A DNA stretch of 44,571 nucleotides from Acidobacteriota bacterium. Its GTDB lineage: Bacteria > Acidobacteriota > Thermoanaerobaculia > UBA5066. This document shows positions 28,700 to 36,280 of the stretch, piece by piece. The position numbers were made by a program, and so were the translations under genes. The notes beneath the pieces were generated by a model, which made no database searches, had not been told where the DNA came from, and was given only the letters and a program-made list of their open reading frames with translations. The stretch lies in assembly GCA_039930645.1 (NCBI GenBank), contig JBDTTJ010000002.1, positions 1-44,571 of the forward strand, written 5' to 3'. Every line of letters begins with the position of its first letter. Positions within the stretch are counted from its first letter, which is position 1.

Positions 28700-28834
28700 C
28701 CCTCGAAGGACGGGGACTAGCGCTTCCGGATTCTGTCGACTGCCCTGAGTCACTTGAGAGAGTCGATCGATTTCAAAAGATCTGGTTCCCGTGAGACGGC
28801 ATCGTGAATCGATCACGGTGCCGTCTCTTTTTTT
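28700..28834 (+). ncRNA. candidate ~135-nt antisense sRNA, complementary to the micro-ORF leader
   Basis: Bounded by the promoter above and the strong terminator at 28793-28834. An A/U-rich single-stranded stretch (AUUUCAAAAGAUCU) precedes the terminator. The nearest upstream + strand gene ends at 26205. Confidence 0.45.
28793..28834 (+). terminator. strong intrinsic terminator with no upstream + strand CDS
   Basis: GAGACGGCAUCGUGA-AUCGA-UCACGGUGCCGUCUC forms a 15-bp stem with one G-U pair, followed by UUUUUUU. Confidence 0.75.
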
Positions 28835-28845
28835 CTGCTGAGTGA

Positions 28846-28875
28846 ATTGTATAGAGCCTCGACGGCACGAATCAA
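28846..28875 (-). promoter_or_regulatory. candidate sigma70-type promoter of the micro-ORF transcript
   Basis: On the minus strand, TTGATT (28875-28870) is followed by 18 nt and TACAAT (28851-28846). The alternative is TATACA with a 16-nt spacer. An A-tract (AAGAAAAAAATTC) sits immediately upstream. The predicted TSS is near 28839. Confidence 0.5.
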
Positions 28876-28986
28876 GAATTTTTTTCTTGACGGGCGAAGT
28901 TTTTTCACCCGCTCGTTCGCCACCTCGCGGGGGGTCTCGCGCGCATCCGGGCTAGGATCGCGCGCGGAGAGAATCGGAGATCTCAC

Positions 28987-29835
28987 ATGACGGACGCACT
29001 CGTTCTCGCTCACTCGCCCGACTCCGACGACGCGTTCATGTTCTACGGACTGCGCGCGAACGCCGTGGACACGGAGGGCGTCACCTACACGCACACGCTC
29101 GCCGACATCGAGACGCTCAACCGGCGCGCGCTCTCGGGCGAGCTCGCGATCACGGCCGTGTCGTTCCACGCGTACGCCTACCTCGCGGACCGCTACGTGC
29201 TCCTCCCGCACGGCGCGTCGTTCGGCGACGGTTACGGCCCCTGCGTCGTGGCGCGCCGCGAGGGCGGGCCGCGCACGCTCGCCGACCTGGCCGGAAAGCG
29301 CGTGGCGGTTCCGGGAAAGCTCACGTCCGCCGCGATGTGCCTCTCGCTCTACGCGAAGGATGCGACGCCCGTCGTCATGGCCTTCGACGAGGTCGGCGAC
29401 GCCGTGAACGCCGGCACCGTGGACGCGGGCGTCGTGATCCACGAGGGCCAGCTCACCTGGAAGGACGAGGGGTTTCACCTCGTGGCGGACTTCGGCGTCG
29501 TCTGGAAGGAGGAGACGGGGCTCCCGCTACCCCTCGGCGGCAACGCCGTCCGCCGCGACCTGGGGCCCGAGCTCATCGCGCGGGTGTCGCGCGCCCTCGG
29601 CCGCTCGATCGAGTACGCCCTCGCGCACCGCGAGGATGCCCTCACGGACGCGATGCGCTTCGCGCGCGGCCTCCCCCGCGAGAAGGCCGACCGCTTCGTC
29701 GGGATGTACGTGAACGACTGGACCCGCTCCTACGGGCCGAAGGGCCGGCAAGCCGTTCGCCTCTTCCTGAGAAGGGGGGTCGAAGCCGGCATTCTCCCGA
29801 AGCTCGTCGAGCCGGAGTGGGTGGCGGAGGGTTGA
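28987..29835 (+). CDS. MqnA/MqnD-family (futalosine-pathway menaquinone biosynthesis, periplasmic-binding-protein fold) protein
   Basis: Motifs LAHSPDSDDAFMFYGL, DIETLNRRAL.GEL..TAVS.HAY and GDGYGP. GGAGA lies 7 nt upstream of the ATG. I cannot decide between MqnA and MqnD. Confidence 0.78.
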   Translation: MTDALVLAHSPDSDDAFMFYGLRANAVDTEGVTYTHTLADIETLNRRALSGELAITAVSFHAYAYLADRYVLLPHGASFGDGYGPCVVARREGGPRTLADLAGKRVAVPGKLTSAAMCLSLYAKDATPVVMAFDEVGDAVNAGTVDAGVVIHEGQLTWKDEGFHLVADFGVVWKEETGLPLPLGGNAVRRDLGPELIARVSRALGRSIEYALAHREDALTDAMRFARGLPREKADRFVGMYVNDWTRSYGPKGRQAVRLFLRRGVEAGILPKLVEPEWVAEG

Positions 29836-29839
29836 GGGC

Positions 29840-30340
29840 GTGACGAAACGGATGCGAGTCCTCGCCGGCGGCTTTCTCTTCCTGGCCGCCCTCTGGTGCG
29901 GGACGCTCGTGTTCTTCGGCGCGTTCGGCGCCCGGGTCGTCCTCGAGACGTCGCCGAGCCGCCACGCGGCGGGCGCCGTGAACAAGGTTCTCCTCGACGT
30001 TCTCGACGCTGCGACCCTGGGCTTCGCGCTTCTGCTCGGGTTCGTCCTCGTCCTGTGGAACCGCGCGCGGCCCTGGAGCGCGCGTGCCAGGGGCTATGCC
30101 CTCCGCTTCCTCGCGATCGCGGCGGTCGCGGCCGCGGCGTCGCTCTTCGTCGTGACGCCCGAGATGATGGAGCGGCGCGCCCGCATGGGCCCGATCGACC
30201 TCGTCTCGAAGGAAGATCCCCTGCGCAAGGCGTGGGGCCGGCTTCACGGGGTGTCGTCGCTCACGCTCCTCGTGCGGATACTCGCCTCGGCCGGCGTCTT
30301 CGCCGCGGGCTTCGGGCAGCTCCCGAAGGGCGACACCTGA
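29840..30340 (+). CDS. four-TM membrane protein (DUF4149-like)
   Basis: Hydrophobicity pattern suggests four helices. It lies 4 nt downstream of the mqn-family gene. Family assignment is tentative. Confidence 0.55.
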   Translation: MTKRMRVLAGGFLFLAALWCGTLVFFGAFGARVVLETSPSRHAAGAVNKVLLDVLDAATLGFALLLGFVLVLWNRARPWSARARGYALRFLAIAAVAAAASLFVVTPEMMERRARMGPIDLVSKEDPLRKAWGRLHGVSSLTLLVRILASAGVFAAGFGQLPKGDT

Positions 30341-30344
30341 CGCC

Positions 30345-31223
30345 CTAAGGAACGTTCCTGAGGAAGAACTCCGTCCAACGGCGCTCGTACTCGACCGGCG
30401 CGACGGCCTGCGGCTCGTCCGCGTGGTGGCAGTGCCCGCACGCGGGGACGCGCCAGAACGTCTTCGGCCCGGCGAGCGCCTCGTAGAGGCGCGGCGAGAA
30501 GCGGATCGGCACGAGCTCGTCCGTCTCGCCGTGGACGATCGTCGTCGGGCACGTCACGCGCCGGGCCGCCGCGACGGGGTCGGCCCGCGAGAGGTCGAGC
30601 TTCTCCGTCTTCTCGATCCGGCGGACGAGGAGGCGCACGGGCCCCTCGAGAAGGACGCGCGGCAGGCCGGTCGCGCGGTGCAGGTAGTGGACGGCCATGG
30701 CGCGCAGGTCGCCGAACGGGGACTGCAGCCACAGGGCGGCGGGCGTCCGCGCCGCCGCGAGCTGGAGCGCGAGGAGGGACCCCATCGAGCAGCCGTCGAT
30801 CCCGAGGCGCGCGGCCTCGACGCCGAATCGCGCGCGGGCGAGGTCGAGGAGGAGCAGGAGGTCGTTCGTCTCGCGGATGCCGCACGTGATCCGCGCCCCG
30901 GTCGACGGCGGGTGGCCGCGCAGCTCGGGAACGAGGACGTTGAACCCGAGCCGGAGCGACCGCACGGCGTCCTTCGTCCACTCGGCTCCGCCGCCGCCCT
31001 TGCCGTGCAGGAAGAGGAGCGTCGGGCGCGTCTCGGGCCGCCCGGGCGAGGCGAAGAGCGTCACGAGGCGGGCGGGCTCCTCCGGGTCGCCGTCGTGGAC
31101 GAGCGTCTCCATGCTGCCGGCGTCGCCCGCGGCGGCGGCAACGGCCATGCGGAACGCCTCCGTCGACGCGGTGACGGGCGCGAGGCCCACGGGCGAGAGG
31201 AGGATCTCCGCGAGCGAACGCAT
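30345..31223 (-). CDS. alpha/beta-fold hydrolase
   Basis: Motifs LLFLHGKGGG, nucleophile elbow GCSMGS, HGETDELVP, GHCHH. Confidence 0.8.
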   Translation of the reverse strand: MRSLAEILLSPVGLAPVTASTEAFRMAVAAAAGDAGSMETLVHDGDPEEPARLVTLFASPGRPETRPTLLFLHGKGGGGAEWTKDAVRSLRLGFNVLVPELRGHPPSTGARITCGIRETNDLLLLLDLARARFGVEAARLGIDGCSMGSLLALQLAAARTPAALWLQSPFGDLRAMAVHYLHRATGLPRVLLEGPVRLLVRRIEKTEKLDLSRADPVAAARRVTCPTTIVHGETDELVPIRFSPRLYEALAGPKTFWRVPACGHCHHADEPQAVAPVEYERRWTEFFLRNVP

Positions 31224-31240
31224 GCCAGGGAGGCGAAGGT

Positions 31241-32578
31241 TCAGGAAGCCTTCGCGGGCTTCTTCTTCGCGCCGGTCTCCGCGCCGGCGCGGTACTCGGC
31301 GTTCTGCGGGTCGAGCTCGGCGGCGCGCTTCCACGCGGAGGAGGAGCCGGCGGCGTCGCCCGAAGCGCGGAGCGCCTGCGCGAGCGCGGCCTGCGCGGGG
31401 GCGTCCTCGCCCTGCGTGAGCTCGACGGCGCGCCGGGCCTGCTTGACGGCCTCTCCGGAGTCCTTCAGCGCGAGCGCGGCGCGCGAGGCGCGCGTCGAAA
31501 GGCCCGCGTCCATCGCCCCGGCGGCGAGCTCGAGCGCGGAGGCCCAGGCCTTCTTCGCCTCGGCGGGGCGGCCCGCCGCGGTGTTCGCCTCCACGAGGTC
31601 GAGCTGGCGCTCGACGCGAACGCCCGGCGCGGCCCCGCTCTTCGCGGCGGCGTCGGCCGCGCGCTGGAAAGCCGCGAGGGCCTCGGCCGAACGGCCGGCC
31701 TTCTTCTCGGCGCCGCCGAGAGCAGCGAGGACGTCGGCGTTGTAGGGCCCGCCCTCGCCGACGGCGGCGAGCGTCTCGCCGGCGACGGAGCGGGCCGTCG
31801 CGACGTCGCCGCGCTTGCCGAGCGCCGTGATGTACGCGGCCGCGAAGAAGCCGCGGCGCGGGTCGGCGCCGAGGCGCGGGAGGAACGTCGCGATGAGGTC
31901 GCCGGTCTCGGGCGAGAAGTCGTCGTCGAGCGTCTCGATGGCGACGAGCTGCGCGAAGAGCTGGAAGACCTCCGGGCGCGAGAGCTCGCCCTCCTCCGAG
32001 ACGACCCGGAGCGCGATCGGGCGCAGCCGCGCGCGGTCGCGCCTGAGCGCGAGGGCGCCGCCGAGGCGGATCCCTTCCTCGTGATCCCACTTCGCCTTGA
32101 GCTTCGCGAGGCCCTCGAGGAGCGGCGTCTTCCCGCCGAGGACGGCCTCGCCGCCGCGCTGGAAGTCCCCGGCCTGGTAGGCGCCGACGAGCCGGTCGAT
32201 CTCGTTTCCGTCGCCGTCGAGGAACACGATGGTGGGGAAGGAGAAGGCCTGGTAGCGGGCGGAGACTTTCCGGCCCTCGCCCTTCTCGGCGTCGACGCGG
32301 GCGGGGACGACGGACTTCTTCGACCACGCGACGACGCTCGCGTCCGCGAACGTCGTCTTGTCCATGATCTTGCACGGGCCGCACCACGCGGCGACGACGT
32401 CGAGCATGACGGGCTTGCCTTCGGCCTTCGCGCGCTTCAGGACCTCGGCGAACGGTTTGCCTTCGACGAAGGGAACGTGGACACCGGCGGGCTTCGCGGT
32501 CTCGGCGCCGGCCAGCCGCAGCGGGGCAGCGAGCGCGGCGGCGAAGACGGGGGCGAGGAGGAACGAGGCAGGTCTCAC
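31241..32578 (-). CDS. exported thioredoxin-fold protein with C-terminal TPR repeats
   Basis: GTG start at 32578. Signal peptide FLLAPVFAAALAAPLRLAGAE. Active site WCGPC. The Ala-rich helical repeats fit TPR. Confidence 0.8.
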   Translation of the reverse strand: MRPASFLLAPVFAAALAAPLRLAGAETAKPAGVHVPFVEGKPFAEVLKRAKAEGKPVMLDVVAAWCGPCKIMDKTTFADASVVAWSKKSVVPARVDAEKGEGRKVSARYQAFSFPTIVFLDGDGNEIDRLVGAYQAGDFQRGGEAVLGGKTPLLEGLAKLKAKWDHEEGIRLGGALALRRDRARLRPIALRVVSEEGELSRPEVFQLFAQLVAIETLDDDFSPETGDLIATFLPRLGADPRRGFFAAAYITALGKRGDVATARSVAGETLAAVGEGGPYNADVLAALGGAEKKAGRSAEALAAFQRAADAAAKSGAAPGVRVERQLDLVEANTAAGRPAEAKKAWASALELAAGAMDAGLSTRASRAALALKDSGEAVKQARRAVELTQGEDAPAQAALAQALRASGDAAGSSSAWKRAAELDPQNAEYRAGAETGAKKKPAKAS

Positions 32579-32592
32579 CCGCGGATTCTGCC

Positions 32593-33396
32593 TCAGAAGC
32601 CGGGGCGGAAGGGGTCGATGGGCGGCGGCGGGGGATCCCCCGGGTACGTGACGGACTCGAGGAAGAGACCGGACGGCGGCGACGTCCACGCGGCGCTCTT
32701 CGCCGTTCGCGTGGTCAGCATTTCCTTCACGTCCTTGACGCCGAGCCGTCCCGTGCCGACCTCCACGAGCGTTCCCGTCAGGCGGCGCACCATCTTCCAG
32801 AGGAAGTGCGACGCGCCGATCCGGAAGATCAGGAGGTCCGGCGCCTCGGGAGGCGTCTCGAGGCGGGCGAACGCGACCTCGACGAGCGTCGAGTCGTGCC
32901 CCTCGGCGTTCTCGCAGAAGCTCCCGAAGTCGTGGCGGCCGGGGAAGAGGTCGGCGGCGGCCTGCATCGCCTTCGCATCGAGCCGGTCCTTGATCCACCA
33001 GACGTAGCGCTTGCCGAACGCGGTGCGCCGCCGCGAGATGCGATAGCGGTAGATGCGCTCTCCGGCGTCGTGGCGCGCGTGGAACGTGCGCCCGGCGGGC
33101 TGGAGGTTCAGGAGGTGGATGTCCGGCGGGAGGCGGTCGTTGAGAGCCTGCCGCGTGCGGCCAAGATCGGCGGCGGGAACCCGGAAGGCTCCGTGGAGCG
33201 AGGCGACCTGCGCGAACGCGTGGACGCCGGCGTCCGTGCGGCCCGCGCCGTTCACCTTGACGTCCTTGCCGAGGACGTCGCGGCAGGCGGCGAAGAGCTC
33301 CCCCTGCACCGTGCGGGCGTTCACCTGCGACTGCCAGCCGCGGTAGCGCCCGCCGTCGTATTCGAGGGTCGCGCGGAGGACGTTGGGAGCGGTCAC
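32593..33396 (-). CDS. truA: tRNA pseudouridine(38-40) synthase
   Basis: Motifs LEYDGGRYRGWQ.Q, AGRTDAGVHA, HARH, SFLWKMVR. Confidence 0.93.
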   Translation of the reverse strand: MTAPNVLRATLEYDGGRYRGWQSQVNARTVQGELFAACRDVLGKDVKVNGAGRTDAGVHAFAQVASLHGAFRVPAADLGRTRQALNDRLPPDIHLLNLQPAGRTFHARHDAGERIYRYRISRRRTAFGKRYVWWIKDRLDAKAMQAAADLFPGRHDFGSFCENAEGHDSTLVEVAFARLETPPEAPDLLIFRIGASHFLWKMVRRLTGTLVEVGTGRLGVKDVKEMLTTRTAKSAAWTSPPSGLFLESVTYPGDPPPPPIDPFRPGF

Positions 33397-33431
33397 GCCC
33401 CCATTGTCGCCTCGAACCCGTTATCCTGCCG

Positions 33432-34628
33432 GTGCTCGTGACGAGCGAGACGCTGGAAGCCGCCCGCCCCTTCACGCGTGCCCGCGACGCCGGCGCCGAA
33501 GCGCGCGCGGCCGCGAGCCTGAGGGCGCTTGTCTCCGCCCTGAAGGACGCCGCCGGAGACGCGTGGGCCGGAGCCGCGCTCGGCGGGGCGCTGGGCCGCG
33601 GCGAGGGAGCGACGCTGGTCGGGCGCGACGGGAGCGGCCATCCGGCCGACCCGTTCGAAATCCTCGCCGTCCTCGACGCGCCGGTGCGCGAGGTGCCCGC
33701 GATCTCCCGCCGCCTCGCGAAGGCTGCCGGCGACGCCGCGCGCGCCCGGAAGATCCAGGTCTCCGTCGACGCCGTCGCGCGGCGCGCCCTCACGCTCCTC
33801 CCGCCGACGCTCGGGAACATGGAGCTTCTCGCCGCGCGCCGCGTCGTGGACGGCCCCGAGGACCTCGTGCCGCCGTTCGCGGACGTTTTCCGCGGCGGGC
33901 CCGACCGCTTCGAAGGCCTGCGCCTCCTCGCGCGGACAGGCGCTCACCTGCTCGCGGCCGAGCGCCTCGTGGACCGCTCGGCCACCGGAGCGCGCGCACG
34001 GGAAGCGCTGCGTTTCGTGCAGAGCGCGGACCTCGCGTGCGGCGAGGCTGTCCTGATTTCCGCGGCGCGCTGGGCGCCGGGCGTCGCGGCGCGCGAGGCC
34101 GAGCTTCGGTCGCTCGGCGCCGAGTCGCCGGACGGGCCGCGCCGCCCCGGCTTCCACGTGAAGATGAGCTGGACGCGGTTCAAGGATCTCGTCGAGAGGC
34201 ACCGTGCCGCGGCGGCCGCGCTGGAGGCGCCCGCGGGCCCCGAGAACGTCGACGCCCGCCGCCAGGTCGCGCGCGCCGGGGACCGTTTCATGGAAGTGCT
34301 GCGCCTCTACGAGGAGGAGCGTCTCGGCGCCGACCTTCCGAACTGGACGGAGTACGCGATCGCGCTCGCGCGGCGGAGGAGCGGCGCCGCCGTCTCGGAG
34401 CTCTTCGGCGAGGACGAGGCGATCGAAGACGCCGTGGGCGCGGGACGCGTCGCGCGCAAGTCGGCGCGCACGTGGCCGCTCGCCGAGCGCGTCGCGCCGG
34501 CCGCGGCGGCGCTCGTCGACTGGGACCCGGGCGACCTCCCGATCGTGCCCGTCCTGCTGGACCTCCCCGACACGGCCTCGCGCGACGCGCTTCGCCAGCG
34601 CGCGATCGCGTGGGGGGAGACAGCCTGA
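33432..34628 (+). CDS. hypothetical protein, possible nucleotidyltransferase-fold N-terminus
   Basis: 398-aa ORF divergent from truA. GGALGRGEG...DPFEILAVLD loosely resembles the Pol-beta NTase G[SG]..RGE...D.[DE] pattern. The rest is Ala/Arg-rich and helical. Confidence 0.5.
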   Translation: MLVTSETLEAARPFTRARDAGAEARAAASLRALVSALKDAAGDAWAGAALGGALGRGEGATLVGRDGSGHPADPFEILAVLDAPVREVPAISRRLAKAAGDAARARKIQVSVDAVARRALTLLPPTLGNMELLAARRVVDGPEDLVPPFADVFRGGPDRFEGLRLLARTGAHLLAAERLVDRSATGARAREALRFVQSADLACGEAVLISAARWAPGVAAREAELRSLGAESPDGPRRPGFHVKMSWTRFKDLVERHRAAAAALEAPAGPENVDARRQVARAGDRFMEVLRLYEEERLGADLPNWTEYAIALARRRSGAAVSELFGEDEAIEDAVGAGRVARKSARTWPLAERVAPAAAALVDWDPGDLPIVPVLLDLPDTASRDALRQRAIAWGETA

Positions 34629-34631
34629 CGC

Positions 34632-35408
34632 CTAGAGCCGAGAGCGTCCGCGCGTGAGCGCGAGCGAGAAGTCCAGCAGCGTGTTCGTGCCGCGGACGGC
34701 GACGCGCTTCAGGCGGAAGGGGTCGGAGAGATCCGGCGGGATGCCGCCGCGGATGACCGTGGCTGCGCGGTAGCCGGCCGCGCGAACGGCCTCGACGCAG
34801 CGGTCGTCGAATGCGCCATACGGGTAACAGAAGGAGACGACGGGCGCGCCGATCACGGCCTCGAGCGCCGCCTTGCTCCCGGCGACCTCGGCCGCGAGGT
34901 CGGAGTCGGAGAGCTGCGGCAGGGCCCGGTGCGCGGCGCCGTGAGAGCCGATCTCGATTCCGGCCGCGTGGAGCGCGCGCACGTCGTCGGCCGAGAGGAG
35001 CGCGTCGCCGGGCGTCTCGCCGTCCCAGTCGTTGACGGCGCCGAGCTTTCCCGAGACGACGAAGACCGTGGCCGAGAAGCCGTGGGCCCCGAGGAGCGGG
35101 AGGGCGCGCGAGAGGACGCCCGCGTAGCCGTCGTCGAACGTGAGGACCGCGCGCTTTCCGTCCGCCGAGGGTCGGTCGAGGAGGTCGCACAGCGCGACGC
35201 CGCGATATCCGCGCCGCGCGAGATGGGCGAGCTGGCGCGCGAAGTCTTCCGGGAGGACGCGCCAGTGGTTGAGCTTCGAGTCCCCCCGGTGCGGTCCGAC
35301 CTCGTGGTACATGAGGATGGGCGTGCCGGGGCGTTTCGGGCGCCACCAGTTGAAGCGCAGCGACAGGCCGATCCCGGCGGCGAGCAGGGCGGCCAGAGCG
35401 CCGGCCAT
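34632..35408 (-). CDS. polysaccharide deacetylase (NodB family), N-terminally membrane-anchored
   Basis: Motifs LTFDDGYAG, GSHGAAH, FCYPYG. The ATG overlaps the stop of the upstream GT2 gene (TGATG). Confidence 0.88.
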   Translation of the reverse strand: MAGALAALLAAGIGLSLRFNWWRPKRPGTPILMYHEVGPHRGDSKLNHWRVLPEDFARQLAHLARRGYRGVALCDLLDRPSADGKRAVLTFDDGYAGVLSRALPLLGAHGFSATVFVVSGKLGAVNDWDGETPGDALLSADDVRALHAAGIEIGSHGAAHRALPQLSDSDLAAEVAGSKAALEAVIGAPVVSFCYPYGAFDDRCVEAVRAAGYRAATVIRGGIPPDLSDPFRLKRVAVRGTNTLLDFSLALTRGRSRL

Positions 35409-36268
35409 CAGCGGAACCGCATGAGCGCCCGGATGCGCAGGACGGCCGTGTCCTCGGCGCGGGCGTTCGCGGGGGGCAGGCGCTCGCCGCGCGCGATCGC
35501 TTTCTCGAGCTCGCGGAGCTTGAGGTACTTGACCAGCGTGTTCGCGGACGAGAGTGCGGCGAACGTGAGGCCCGCCGTACCGTCGAGGACGCCGAGCCGC
35601 AGAATCGCGCGGTCGAAAAACTCCCAGACGACGCGCACGGGAAGGAAGGGCATGCCGCCCTTGCGGGCCGCCCACTTCGCCTCCGCCGCGAGCGTCGTGT
35701 AGCGGTCGAGCTTCTCGAGGTAATGCGCGAGGTCGCGGTACGAGCGGTGGAGGATGGACTCGTCGAGGGCCTCGACGGGGCCCTGCGCGACGACCTTCTC
35801 GTGGACCGGGTCCTCGGAAAAGCGCGCGCGCGTGCGGTCGTAGAGGCGCGCCGGTCTCACGACCGTATCGCGCCCGAAGTGGAGCTCGCGCCCGAGAAAC
35901 TCGAGCCGAATCGGGATCCGGAACGCGGCCGGCGGGCTCGTCTCCAAGACCGTGGCCGCAAGGCGCGAGCGGATCTCGAGGGCGAGGGCGGGCGAGACGA
36001 CCTCGTCGGCGTCGATCGAGAGGACCCAGCGGTGCGTCGCGAGCGCGGCGGCCGCGTTCTTCTGCGTCCCGAAGCCGTCGAACGCGCGGACGAGGACGTG
36101 CGCGCCGGCCGCCTCCGCGATCTCGGCGGTCTTGTCCGTCGTCGCTGAGTCGACGACGACGACGATCTCCTCGGCGAACGCCACGGCGGCGAGCGCCTCG
36201 GGGAGGCGGTCCTCCTCGTCGCGTGCGATCAGCGTCACCGTGAGGGGCGGGCCGGCCGGCTCGGACAT
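35408..36268 (-). CDS. family 2 glycosyltransferase
   Basis: Motifs VTLIARDEEDRLPEAL, VVVDSATTD and SIDADE (DxD). The C-terminal LDGTAGLTFAALSSANTLVKYLKL is typical of WaaE/KdtX-like LPS-core GT2 enzymes. Confidence 0.88.
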   Translation of the reverse strand: MSEPAGPPLTVTLIARDEEDRLPEALAAVAFAEEIVVVVDSATTDKTAEIAEAAGAHVLVRAFDGFGTQKNAAAALATHRWVLSIDADEVVSPALALEIRSRLAATVLETSPPAAFRIPIRLEFLGRELHFGRDTVVRPARLYDRTRARFSEDPVHEKVVAQGPVEALDESILHRSYRDLAHYLEKLDRYTTLAAEAKWAARKGGMPFLPVRVVWEFFDRAILRLGVLDGTAGLTFAALSSANTLVKYLKLRELEKAIARGERLPPANARAEDTAVLRIRALMRFR

Positions 36269-36280
36269 CGGGGAAAGAGT

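Noticed and set aside
28428-28794. Two + strand ORFs in the AT-rich island (28428-28667 and 28594-28794). Their hydrophobic stretches (LLLTLLRLLGALLSSFLLG and VLFLAAFFLAG) could be read as a type I toxin-like membrane peptide. The second ends at a TGA abutting the + terminator.
   Set aside because: The hydrophobic runs are simply the mirror translation of the Lys-codon run (AAG becomes CTT). Neither the TTG at 28594 nor the ATG at 28630 has an SD. GC3 is only about 52%, with CTT/TTT codons atypical of this genome. The candidate + promoter lies downstream of both starts. This reading is kept only as a low-probability alternative.
28632-28839. The structured micro-ORF leader as a known riboswitch, 6S RNA or other named RNA family
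   Set aside because: There is no long rod with a central bubble as in 6S RNA, and I recognise no conserved riboswitch core (L-box, TPP, SAM, c-di-GMP and so on). Without an Rfam scan I cannot name it, so it is reported only as an unexplained structure.
28887-28915. TTGACG at 28887-28892 as the -35 of the mqnA/D-family gene promoter
   Set aside because: No acceptable -10 occurs at 16-19 nt spacing (CGCTCG or CCGCTC). It is not called.
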